The notes below the pieces were generated by a model. The model ran no database searches. It had not been told where the DNA came from and saw only the letters and a list, made by a program, of their open reading frames with translations. The translations under genes and the position numbers were made by a program. A stretch of 54,814 bases of DNA from Collinsella sp. (GTDB taxonomy: Bacteria; Actinomycetota; Coriobacteriia; Coriobacteriales; Coriobacteriaceae), in NCBI GenBank assembly GCA_052364855.1, contig DAWEIC010000001.1:416-55229 (forward strand). The letters are read 5' to 3'. Below, in pieces: positions 1 through 8,714 of the stretch (position 1 is its first letter; each line of letters begins with the position of its first letter).

Positions 1-303
1 GCCCATGATGCGCATGGCGATGCGGTCGCGGCCCGACACTGTGTCTTCGGCAGCACCGTTGGCAACGGCGGCCTCGGAAAGCGCGGCGAGCGTGCCCTCC
101 AGGTCAAAATCGGGCAGGGTATCGGGGTGCAAGAGCGAAATCTTCTCGGTCTTGAGCGCCCAGGCCATGTTGAGCGCGGGGCCCGTGGCGCCGATGCACT
201 CCAGAATGGTGTTGTAGGCCCAGATGCGGTCGTCCTGTCCGATCATCGATCGGTGGATAGCGTACTCGATCAGGTTCTGCGCAGCCTCGCGCGCGTCGGT
301 CAT
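1..303 (-). CDS. galT: Galactose-1-phosphate uridylyltransferase (type II GalT), N-terminal part; runs off the window edge
   Basis: Manual translation from the ATG at 303 gives MTDAREAAQNLIEYAIHRSMIGQDDRIWAYNTILE..., resembling the GalT2 N-terminus. The start overlaps the galK stop (TAATG). Confidence 0.75.
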   Translation of the reverse strand, partial: MTDAREAAQNLIEYAIHRSMIGQDDRIWAYNTILECIGATGPALNMAWALKTEKISLLHPDTLPDFDLEGTLAALSEAAVANGAAEDTVSGRDRIAMRIMG

Positions 304-1508
304 TACAGCCATGCCGCGTAAGCCCCCTTGTCAGAGATAGCGTAGTGACGGGCAGAGCCCTCGCCCAGCCAGCTGTTCATCTTGGTGATAAAGGTGTCGA
401 CCAGATCGAGTGGCACAAAGGCCTGGATGGTGCCACCAAAGCCGCCGCCGTGAATACGAACGGCGCCACGGCCGTCGAGCACATGCTCGGCAAGAGCAAG
501 CGCGTACATGGAAGGCTGCTCGGCACCCAGTTTGGCGACGACATTCTGCAGGTACATGGCAGAGCTGGCGCCGGACTCGCGCGTCAGGACCAGGAACTGG
601 TCAATGTCGCCGGCGTTCAGGGCCGCCCAGCGCTTATCGACCAGGCCGTTCTCGTACCAGTAGTGAACGGCACGCAGGCAGGCGCGGTCGCCCAGCTTGG
701 CGCGCAGCTCGGGGAGCTTGGCGTCAAAATCGGCAACGTTTACCTCGCACAGGCGTGCCTTGCCAAACTCGGCGGCGACGTCTTGCATTTCGCGCGGAAC
801 GGCGGCGTAGTCATCGGTGGCGGCCACGTGGTCGGCGCCGACCTTAACGAGCACGAGCGCATAGCCGTGATCCTCAAAGTTGAGTTCGAGCTTCTGGGTT
901 TTAGGCTGAGCCTGGTCCTCAAAGTCCATGTAGGCAAGGCCGCCCAGGCACACAGCGGCCTGGTCCATCAGACCGCAGGGCTTGCCGTAGTAGTTGTTCT
1001 CGGTGCGCTGGCTCATCTGAGCGAGCGTGACGGGCTCAATGGCGGGCGCGCCCCAGAGCGTCTCCATGGCACGACCGTACGCGGCCTCGACGGCGGCAGA
1101 GCTGGAAAGGCCGCCGCCCGAAGGGACGGAGCAGGTAAAGGCGAAGTCGAAGCCCTTGGGCTCAACACCAAGCGCTGCAATCTCGTGGGCCATACCGCGG
1201 ACGAGGCTTGCGGACGTGCCCTTCTCGGACTCCTGAACATCTAGCGTATCGAGCGTAATCTCAAAGGTGGGGTAGCCCTCGTCGGCAACGCGAACCTTGT
1301 TGGTGTCGGTCGCCACGGCGATGCCGTCGACGGCGACATCGAGCGAGCCGGCGATGACGTGGCCGCCCTCGTGGTCGGTATGGTTGCCGCTGATTTCGGA
1401 GCGGCCGGGCGCGTGCACATAGAGCACCTGTCGGTCGCCGATGGGGCCAAACTCCTCCTCAAACAGCTTGGTGAGCGTGGCGAGCGTCTTTTCGTCGGGG
1501 GTGGTCAT
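303..1508 (-). CDS. galK: Galactokinase
   Basis: PGRSEISGNHTDH galactose-binding signature, GHMP motif PSGGGLSSSAA, GKPCGLMDQ and GGGFGG. Confidence 0.95.
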   Translation of the reverse strand: MTTPDEKTLATLTKLFEEEFGPIGDRQVLYVHAPGRSEISGNHTDHEGGHVIAGSLDVAVDGIAVATDTNKVRVADEGYPTFEITLDTLDVQESEKGTSASLVRGMAHEIAALGVEPKGFDFAFTCSVPSGGGLSSSAAVEAAYGRAMETLWGAPAIEPVTLAQMSQRTENNYYGKPCGLMDQAAVCLGGLAYMDFEDQAQPKTQKLELNFEDHGYALVLVKVGADHVAATDDYAAVPREMQDVAAEFGKARLCEVNVADFDAKLPELRAKLGDRACLRAVHYWYENGLVDKRWAALNAGDIDQFLVLTRESGASSAMYLQNVVAKLGAEQPSMYALALAEHVLDGRGAVRIHGGGFGGTIQAFVPLDLVDTFITKMNSWLGEGSARHYAISDKGAYAAWL

Positions 1509-1550
1509 GGGGGTCCTTTCCTTGGCGCGTACGGACGATTTTTTGCGTCG

Positions 1551-1754
1551 TTATGAGTACGTTAACAATTTGAAGCGGCATGAACTCAGCATCCACAATG
1601 CCGCACGTTAAGGGCTATGTTAACGTACTCATAACACAACGCTTATCACTTTTTGAGAATCTGGTAATCGGTCGATATTCGGCCGTGAACGGTAGTGCCG
1701 TATGGACTTATAGAGCAGAAGGGCTGCAGCCAGAAAAAGTAGAGTACGTTAACA
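1551..1754. promoter_or_regulatory. Three LacI-type operator sites (TGTTAACGTACTC core) between galK and the LacI gene
   Basis: TTATGAGTACGTTAACA (1551-1567) and its exact reverse complement (1618-1634); third copy GAGTACGTTAACA (1742-1754). CG-centred pseudo-palindrome typical of LacI sites. Confidence 0.8.
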
Positions 1755-1847
1755 TGCGTCCGACGATAGCGGGCCTCGGCGCGGGATGTATTACTGCCCG
1801 GGCCGGCATTCACGCTATTCAGATCTCGCAAGGGTGAAGGTGGTCCT

Positions 1848-2879
1848 GTGGCAAGGCGCCCGTCCAACGATACCAGTTCGCGTCCGGTCTCCATGGCTGA
1901 CGTCGCCCGCGCTGCCGGCGTTTCGCAGCAGACGGTTTCGCGCGTCGCCAACGGCTTGCCCAACGTTAACGAGCAGACGCGCCAGCGCGTGCAGGCTGCT
2001 ATGCAAGAGCTCGGCTTTCGTCCGAGTTATGCCGGTCGCTCGCTGCGCGACGGCCGTTACCATTCGGTCGGCCTATGCATCAACGATGTCACCAAGTTTG
2101 GCAACCTCTCAATGATCGACGGCATCGCCAGCGCTGCTCGCGAGCATAATTGCGCCATCACGCTGGTCGAGATGTCCAAGACTGAGGAATTCTCGCTTGC
2201 CGAGGCCACGCGTCGTATGGCCGCATTGCCGGTGGATGGCATCATCATCGGCATGAGCCGCATGGCGCCCGATTTTGAGACGTTTGATCCACTGCCGGGC
2301 ATTGGAACGGTCATCGTTACCATGTACGCGCATCCGCGCGTGACTACGGTCGATTCCGACCATTACGGCTGCTCGCTCTTGCTTATGGATCACCTGTTTG
2401 AGCTGGGGCACGGGCAGATTCGCTATATTGGCGGCCCGTCGTTCTCGGTCGACGAGCAATTTCGTCGAGCCGGTTGGCAGGATGCGCTCGAGCGTAAACA
2501 CATCGAGCCGGCAGAGCCGCTCGAGGGCGACTGGTCTGCCAACAGCGGCTACGAGGCCGGCAGGTACCTGGCCGAGCACGACCGCACCATGACGGCGATT
2601 TACGCGGCAAACGACCAGATGGCAAATGGCGCGATTGCAGCGCTGCGCGATAGCGGCCTGCGCGTGCCCGAGGACGTGAGCGTGGTGGGTGTCGACGATT
2701 CGCTCGATGATTTTGTCGCGCATAACGAGCTCACGACCGTTCGATTCGATTTGCATCAGCGCGGACGCGAGGTATTCGAGCATGCGGTTCCCGAGGCGGG
2801 TACGGCGGGCAAAACCGTTGCCATTCGTATTCCCGGCCAGCTCATCGTTCGACATACCACGGCAGCTCATCGCGTATAG
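1848..2879 (+). CDS. LacI-family transcriptional regulator (probable galactose repressor)
   Basis: HTH MADVARAAGVSQQTVSRV plus a periplasmic-binding-protein-like domain; divergent from galKT. Confidence 0.92.
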   Translation: MARRPSNDTSSRPVSMADVARAAGVSQQTVSRVANGLPNVNEQTRQRVQAAMQELGFRPSYAGRSLRDGRYHSVGLCINDVTKFGNLSMIDGIASAAREHNCAITLVEMSKTEEFSLAEATRRMAALPVDGIIIGMSRMAPDFETFDPLPGIGTVIVTMYAHPRVTTVDSDHYGCSLLLMDHLFELGHGQIRYIGGPSFSVDEQFRRAGWQDALERKHIEPAEPLEGDWSANSGYEAGRYLAEHDRTMTAIYAANDQMANGAIAALRDSGLRVPEDVSVVGVDDSLDDFVAHNELTTVRFDLHQRGREVFEHAVPEAGTAGKTVAIRIPGQLIVRHTTAAHRV

Positions 2880-3008
2880 TTTTTGCAGGTCAACGGCGGT
2901 ATATTCCGCCTAAATAACAATCGGTAAGGATGCCGGCAGATAGCTGTGGCTCTAAAGACGAGTGCTATGATAGACGAGCTCTTTTGTCTATCTAGGAGGC
3001 TTTGCCTG

Positions 3009-4169
3009 ATGGAGATCACCAAGGATATCCGCTACATTGGCGTCAACGATCACGACATTGACCTGTTCGAGGGCCAGTACGACGTGTCCGAGAACGGTAT
3101 GGCATACAACAGCTACGTTATCTTGGGCGAAAAGATTGCTGTCGCCGATTCAGTCGACGGCGGTTTTGTCGACGAGTGGCTCGGTAACATCGAAGCCGTG
3201 CTCGACGGTCGCACGCCCGATTACCTGGTCGTTCACCATATGGAGCCCGATCACTCCGCTGGCATCGCCGCCTTTATGGAGCGCTATCCCCAGGCGCAGG
3301 TTGTGGCCAGCATGGGCGCCTTCCGCATGATGGTCAACTACTTTGGTACCGATTATCCGGAGCGCAAGATGGTCGTCAAAGAGGGCGACGTGCTCGATCT
3401 GGGCGGTCACAGCCTAACGTTTGTCGGCGCTCCCAACGTTCACTGGCCCGAGGTGATTTTCTCCTACGAGTCTACCGACAAGGTGCTCTTTAGTGCCGAC
3501 GGCTTTGGCAAGTTCGGCGCCAACGACATCGAGGACCCGGAAGGCTGGGCTTGCGAAGCGCGTCGTTACTACTTTGGTATCGTGGGCAAGTTCGGCAAGT
3601 TCGTGCAGGCCGTGCTTAAGAAGGCCGCCGGTCTGGACATTCAGATTATCTGCCCGCTCCACGGCCCCGTGCTGACCGAGAACCTGGGCTACTACCTCGA
3701 CACTTACAACACCTGGTCGAGCTATCAGCCCGAGGACGAGGGAATCACCATTGCCTACGCGAGCGTGTATGGCCACCTGAAGGCTGCCGTCGAGGAGCTC
3801 GCATCTGCGCTCGAGGCTCGCGGCCAGAAGGTCTCCGTCTTTGACCTGGCTCGCGACGACATGGCCGAGGCCGTTGAGGACGCGTTCCGCTATGACCGTC
3901 TGGTGCTCGCTTCCATCACCTATCAGGGCGAGATTTTCCCGTTCATGAGCACCTTCATCCACACGCTCGCTGAGCATGCCTACCAGAACCGCACCGTGGC
4001 GCTCGTCGAGGCCGGTTCTTGGGCACCTGTCGCCGCTAAGGTTATGACTAAGGAGCTCGAGGGTATGAAGGACATCACCCTGACGCAGAACAAAGTGACC
4101 GTCCTGGGTTCGCTCAACGACGCATCGCGCGCCCAGATCGAGGCCCTCGCCGACGAGCTGTCCAAGTAA
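3009..4169 (+). CDS. fprA: FprA-family flavodiiron protein (O2/NO reductase)
   Basis: HMEPDH metallo-beta-lactamase-like diiron motif, HWPE, SADGFG, C-terminal flavodoxin domain; AGGAGG RBS before the ATG at 3009. Confidence 0.92.
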   Translation: MEITKDIRYIGVNDHDIDLFEGQYDVSENGMAYNSYVILGEKIAVADSVDGGFVDEWLGNIEAVLDGRTPDYLVVHHMEPDHSAGIAAFMERYPQAQVVASMGAFRMMVNYFGTDYPERKMVVKEGDVLDLGGHSLTFVGAPNVHWPEVIFSYESTDKVLFSADGFGKFGANDIEDPEGWACEARRYYFGIVGKFGKFVQAVLKKAAGLDIQIICPLHGPVLTENLGYYLDTYNTWSSYQPEDEGITIAYASVYGHLKAAVEELASALEARGQKVSVFDLARDDMAEAVEDAFRYDRLVLASITYQGEIFPFMSTFIHTLAEHAYQNRTVALVEAGSWAPVAAKVMTKELEGMKDITLTQNKVTVLGSLNDASRAQIEALADELSK

Positions 4170-4190
4170 CAACGGCTCGCTTCTACCGTC

Positions 4191-4232
4191 AAAACCACCA
4201 CAAAGGGGACAGGCACCTTTGTGGTGGTTTTT
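4191..4232. repeat. Palindromic REP-like hairpin/terminator, copy A (AAACCACCACAAAGG-GGACAGGCA-CCTTTGTGGTGGTTT)
   Basis: Inverted repeat directly after fprA; near-identical direct copy at 5670-5712. Confidence 0.8.
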
Positions 4233-4233
4233 G

Positions 4234-4305
4234 TTCAAAGAACTCAAGAATGCTCAAGAAACTCAAAGGTGCTCAAAAAACTCAAAGATACTCAAAGAAA
4301 TCAAG
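4234..4305 (+). repeat. Phased tandem array of eight (C)TCAA motifs with alternating 9/10-bp spacing
   Basis: Motif starts at 4234, 4243, 4253, 4262, 4272, 4281, 4291 and 4300. Confidence 0.8.
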
Positions 4306-4349
4306 AGCTGTGGGGCATAATGGAATTACGTGAGTTCAAGGGAGGCTTT

Positions 4350-5465
4350 ATGGCGGCGGCGACAGCGTACAGGCAAGCAAATCCGTTCACGCCGATGTTC
4401 GGACGTGTACCGGCATACATGGCCGGCCGTGAGCAAATCATTGATGATATGGTGCTGGCGTTTGAAAGCGCCGATTCCGACCCCAACCTATGCTCGATTT
4501 TCTACGGAGCGCGCGGGACGGGCAAAACGGCCCTTTTGGCATATCTGTCATACCGCGCCCAGCAAGAAGGCTGGATTACGGCGAATGTGACGGCTTCGGA
4601 CGGGATGCTCGAAGACATTCTGCAGCGCCTCAACGAATCGGCTGCCCATCTGATCGAAAAGCCCGCTTCTAGGCGTGTGAACAGTGTTGGGATTGCCCCC
4701 ATAGGTAGTATGAGCTGGGAAAACGTTGATATTGAATTTGAGGGCGCCAACTGGCGTACTAAGATGAACGCTCTGTTTGCTCAGCTTGAAGCGACTGGCA
4801 CCGGGGTGCTTATCGCCGTTGACGAAGTTGATGCATCGTTTGCTCAAATGACCGAGCTCGTTACCACCTACCAACATTTTGTGAGCGAGAACAAAAAAGT
4901 AGCTTTGCTTATGGCGGGGCTGCCGTTTCGCGTGCTGGCGTTGTTGACGGGAAAATCGACATCGTTTCTTCGTCGTGCTGCCCAGCATTCGCTGGGATCT
5001 ATTTCGCCGACTGAGGTAAAAGAAGCGTTTCGGCTGACGATTGAAGACGGTGGCAAAACGATTTCCGATGAGGCGGTCGACCGTGCTGCCGAGGCAATCG
5101 ATGGTTTTCCGTTTATGTTCCAGTTGGTGGGATATCGGGCGTGGAACGCTTCGCGCCAGGCGGCTGAGGTTTCCCTTGAAGACGTCGAACGTGGCGCGAA
5201 GCTTGCGCAAGAGGAGCTCGAATCGCGCGTTTTTGCCTCGACTGCAGCGGAACTTTCACAGGGGGACTTGGATTTTCTTCGTGCAATGAATCCGGAGGGG
5301 ACGACGACCAGGCAAGAATTGGCTGCGCGGCTTAAGAAAAGTTCCGGTTCGATCTCGACGTATAAAAAACGTCTAATTGAGGCAGGGGTGATTGAAGAAC
5401 CCTTACAGGGACGTTTCGAGTTTGCGCTGCCGGGCTTCGGTCGATATGTAGCGTCTCTTTGCTAG
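4350..5465 (+). CDS. AAA+-type P-loop ATPase with probable C-terminal winged-helix domain
   Basis: N-terminal NPFTP, Walker A GARGTGKT, Walker B IAVDEVD, C-terminal RQELAARLKKSSGSISTYKKRLIEAGVI; GGAGG RBS before the ATG at 4350. Confidence 0.85.
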   Translation: MAAATAYRQANPFTPMFGRVPAYMAGREQIIDDMVLAFESADSDPNLCSIFYGARGTGKTALLAYLSYRAQQEGWITANVTASDGMLEDILQRLNESAAHLIEKPASRRVNSVGIAPIGSMSWENVDIEFEGANWRTKMNALFAQLEATGTGVLIAVDEVDASFAQMTELVTTYQHFVSENKKVALLMAGLPFRVLALLTGKSTSFLRRAAQHSLGSISPTEVKEAFRLTIEDGGKTISDEAVDRAAEAIDGFPFMFQLVGYRAWNASRQAAEVSLEDVERGAKLAQEELESRVFASTAAELSQGDLDFLRAMNPEGTTTRQELAARLKKSSGSISTYKKRLIEAGVIEEPLQGRFEFALPGFGRYVASLC

Positions 5466-5500
5466 AGGGCCACTTCTGCCAAGACCGTTTCGCGTCCAAC

Positions 5501-5640
5501 TGTCTCAATCTGTAACATCTGGGCGGCTAAATCGACTCTATCTGTTACAGGTTTAGATTAAGGGCGGGGGTCGAGCGGAATTATCTCGATCTGTAACAGT
5601 TAACTGACTTTTAGGGGTCTAGTTGTTACAGATTGAGACA
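5501..5640. repeat. Four alternating inverted 17-bp repeats (TGTCTCAATCTGTAACA consensus)
   Basis: Copies at 5501-5517 (+), 5543-5559 (-), 5582-5598 (+), 5624-5640 (-); each pair has a 25-bp spacer; period 81 bp. Confidence 0.8.
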
Positions 5641-5669
5641 AACTGGCGGAGCGAACCGCCGTGCCGTTC

Positions 5670-5712
5670 AAACCACCACAAAGGGGACTCAGGCACCTTT
5701 GTGGTGTTTTTT
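5670..5712. repeat. Palindromic REP-like hairpin/terminator, copy B
   Basis: AAACCACCACAAAGGGGACTCAGGCACCTTTGTGGTGTTTTTT, a direct repeat of 4191-4232. Confidence 0.8.
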
Positions 5713-5716
5713 GGTT

Positions 5717-6520
5717 TTAGGCGGTGGCGATGATGAGGGTTGGGGCGCCGGCGTCGGCGATCTCGGCGATTGAGGCGGCAACGGCACCTTCGGGGTCACG
5801 GTCCATCACGATGGTGTCGACATCGGTAAGTTCGGCAAAGCGGTACATGCCGCGCCCGTTGACCTTGCTCGCGTCCATGAGGGCGACGCCTCGGCGCGCG
5901 GCGGCGATCATGGCCGTTTTGGTCTCGGCCATCTGCGGGAAGTCGGTGGTAAAGCCACAGCCGGGAACAAAGGCGCCGGGGCACATGACGGCAAGGTCGG
6001 CGTGAACCATCTGCAGCGCCTGCATGGCGAGCGGACCGTACAGATAGCGGTGGCCCTTGCGCAGTGCGCCGCCCAGCATGACGACGTCGACCGAGGGCAT
6101 GCTCTCGTCGATGTAATCGGCGATCGTAATGTCTGCCGTGATGACGGTGATGCCGTCGCGCTGGTCGAGGAGCCGGACAAATTCGAGCGCGGTGGTGCCC
6201 GAGTCGACGAGCAGGGTGTCGCCGTCGCTGACGAGCTCAATAGCGCTTTGCGCGATGGCTTGCTTAGCGGCTACGTTGACGTTAATGCGCCGATCCTGCG
6301 TGGAGACGGTCAGGCGCTTGTGGAGCGACACAGCGCCACCATGTGTGCGGCGCAGTTTGCCAGTCTCGGCGAGAGCGTCCAGGTCGGCGCGGGCCGTGAC
6401 GGAGGACACGCCAAAGGTCTGGGCGATTTCTGCTACCTGCACCGAGGCATTATGCTCGAGCATCTCCATGATGGCGGCACGACGCTCATCGGCGAAAGCT
6501 CGGGTTGTTGCATGGGCCAT
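5717..6520 (-). CDS. DeoR/GlpR-family transcriptional regulator
   Basis: HTH FGVSSVTARADLDAL, RTHGGA, DSGTT sensor motif. Confidence 0.93.
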   Translation of the reverse strand: MAHATTRAFADERRAAIMEMLEHNASVQVAEIAQTFGVSSVTARADLDALAETGKLRRTHGGAVSLHKRLTVSTQDRRINVNVAAKQAIAQSAIELVSDGDTLLVDSGTTALEFVRLLDQRDGITVITADITIADYIDESMPSVDVVMLGGALRKGHRYLYGPLAMQALQMVHADLAVMCPGAFVPGCGFTTDFPQMAETKTAMIAAARRGVALMDASKVNGRGMYRFAELTDVDTIVMDRDPEGAVAASIAEIADAGAPTLIIATA

Positions 6521-6855
6521 AGTTGCTCCATCATCGTCTGAAATTTGCAGGAATTGTGTTGAGTCTATTTTCGTTCATTTTCTTTTTGAGTAAGAAAACG
6601 CCTTTCGATTACTTATCTTTTCTATAAAAGAAAGACGCTGAACGCACAAAATTCAATATCGAACATGTCCACTCGGCTCAAATTCCTTCCGTTTGCTTTT
6701 CAAAAATGACTGTATTGACCTGCATGGGCTCAATATCTCGCACGTGCAAAGCTGCTGAATTTCATACAATGAGCGCAGCAAAACGCAAGGTAAAATGCCT
6801 TGTGAACAACTACGCCCGATGTCCAGATGCGGGCGAGGGAGAGGAGCAAACGCTC

Positions 6856-7713
6856 ATGGCACTTGTTACCACCGAAAAGATGCTCAAGGACGCTCAGGCC
6901 GGCCACTACGCTGTTGGCGCTTTCAACGTCGAGAACCTCGAGTTTGTTATGGCCGTTCTGGCCGCTGCCGAGGAGACCAAGTCCCCCGTCATCATGCAGA
7001 CCACCCCGGGCACCATCAAGACCGCTGGTCTGGACTACTTCTACGGCATGGTCAAGGCTGCCGCCGAGCGCGCTTCCGTGCCCGTCGCTCTGCACCTCGA
7101 TCACGGCGATGGCTATGACCGCTGCATGCAGGCTTTCCGCACGGGCTACACCTCTGTCATGATCGACGGTTCGCACGAGTCCTTCGAGGACAACATCGCC
7201 CTGACCAAGTCCGTCGCCGACGCTGGCCGCGCCATGGGCGTGCCCGTCGAGGCCGAGCTCGGTAAGGTTGGCGGCAAGGAGGACGACGGTCCCGCGGTTG
7301 AGGGCGAGAGCCCCTACACCGATCCGGCCGAGGCCAAGGAGTTCGTCGAGCGTACCGGCTGCACCTCCCTCGCAATTGGCGTTGGCACCAGCCACGGTGT
7401 GTACACGAGCGATCCGCACATCGAGCAGTCCGTGGTCAAGGCCATTCGCGACGCCGTCGACGTGCCGCTGGTCCTGCACGGCACCTCTGGCGTGCCCGAT
7501 GAGCAGGTTGCCGAGGCTGTGAAGAACGGCATCTGCAAGGTTAACTACGCCACCGAGCTGCGTCAGGCCTACACCAAGGGCTTCATGGCATACATGGCCG
7601 AGAACCCTGCCTGCTTCGACCCCAAGAAGCCGGCCAAGGAGGGCATGCGCGAGATCACCGAGCTGGTTAAGATCCGCATGACCAACCTCAACTCTGTGGG
7701 CAAAGCAGAGTAA
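6856..7713 (+). CDS. Class II fructose/tagatose-1,6-bisphosphate aldolase
   Basis: AVGAFNV, LHLDHG, SVMIDGSH, VEAELG, GTSHG, LVLHG; GAGGAG RBS before the ATG at 6856. Confidence 0.92.
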   Translation: MALVTTEKMLKDAQAGHYAVGAFNVENLEFVMAVLAAAEETKSPVIMQTTPGTIKTAGLDYFYGMVKAAAERASVPVALHLDHGDGYDRCMQAFRTGYTSVMIDGSHESFEDNIALTKSVADAGRAMGVPVEAELGKVGGKEDDGPAVEGESPYTDPAEAKEFVERTGCTSLAIGVGTSHGVYTSDPHIEQSVVKAIRDAVDVPLVLHGTSGVPDEQVAEAVKNGICKVNYATELRQAYTKGFMAYMAENPACFDPKKPAKEGMREITELVKIRMTNLNSVGKAE

Positions 7714-7746
7714 CAGCAAGGGTACTCCGACTCGCTACATATCCCG

Positions 7747-7871
7747 GGGAGGGACGAGGGCTTAGTTCCCCAATCGTCCTCGGGCATGCAAAAAGCCTCG
7801 CTGCGCACTTCGTGCGGCGAGGCTTTTTGCCCCCTGCGGAAAGATTGGGGAACTAAGCCCTCGTCCCTCCC
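7747..7871 (+). repeat. Long nested hairpin, family X copy 1 (3' of the aldolase)
   Basis: 28-bp outer arms, CGTCCTCGGGCAT/CCCCTGCGGAAAG internal loop, 11-bp inner stem, apical CGCTGCGCACTTCGTGCGGCG. Confidence 0.85.
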
Positions 7872-8034
7872 AAGTTGATCTTCTCGAGGCCGTCGCCCTT
7901 GTGGCGTTAGGGCGGATAATAATAAGAAGTCTTCGCGCTGCGGAATGATTTTGGAAACTAAGTACGGGACCCGCCCAAACCGTCCTGCTCAATCGCCCTT
8001 GTGGCGTTGGGGCTGATAGGGTGGAGCGCGGGGG

Positions 8035-8658
8035 TTACTTGGTTGTTAGGGTTAGTAGGTCGTTGGGGGTTTTGAGGTTGTAGGTGGCGTTTGGGATGTC
8101 TTGGTGTGATCCCCATGCTGCTCGGGCAAAACTGACCCCTGCTGAAGTTGCGCATTGTTCGTCGTAGACGGTGTCGCCAACGTAGATGACGCTGTTGGGG
8201 TTTGCGCCCGTACATCGGAGATATTCGAGCATGGGTGCGGGTGCGGGTTTGTGTTCGGTTGTGTCTTCGACAAGGATGATGTGCTCAAAATACGTATCGA
8301 AGCCAAGCGGTGCTATTTCTTCTGCGTATTCGTCGCGCGCGCGTGAGGAGACAATGCCAAGATTGCAACCGCTATCGGCGAGTTTTGCGATGACTTCAAG
8401 CAAACCTGGAAACACGCTGATGGTGCTTTTAAAGCTGGCGGCAACTTGGCACCAGCGATCCAACGTTGCTTGCGAGTAGATTCCAAGTTTCTCAAGAGCA
8501 TCCTTGCCGGGTATGCCGAGGGCAAATTCAAGCTCGTTTCGGGGGAGCGTTTTGCCGGTCTCTTCTTGGACAATCTGGGCAAGCGATGACAGAACGCTTT
8601 CTTCTGTATCTGCCAATGTTCCATCAACGTCAAACACGATATGGTCAAAGTGCTTCAT
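8035..8658 (-). CDS. HAD-superfamily hydrolase (phosphoglycolate phosphatase-like)
   Basis: FDVDGTL motif I, HKPAP, YVGD; AGGAG RBS before the ATG at 8658. Confidence 0.9.
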   Translation of the reverse strand: MKHFDHIVFDVDGTLADTEESVLSSLAQIVQEETGKTLPRNELEFALGIPGKDALEKLGIYSQATLDRWCQVAASFKSTISVFPGLLEVIAKLADSGCNLGIVSSRARDEYAEEIAPLGFDTYFEHIILVEDTTEHKPAPAPMLEYLRCTGANPNSVIYVGDTVYDEQCATSAGVSFARAAWGSHQDIPNATYNLKTPNDLLTLTTK

Positions 8659-8714
8659 ATGGTTGCTCCTATCTGTTGCTTGCCTGCAAGTTTGATGCAG
8701 TGACAAAAGAAGGA

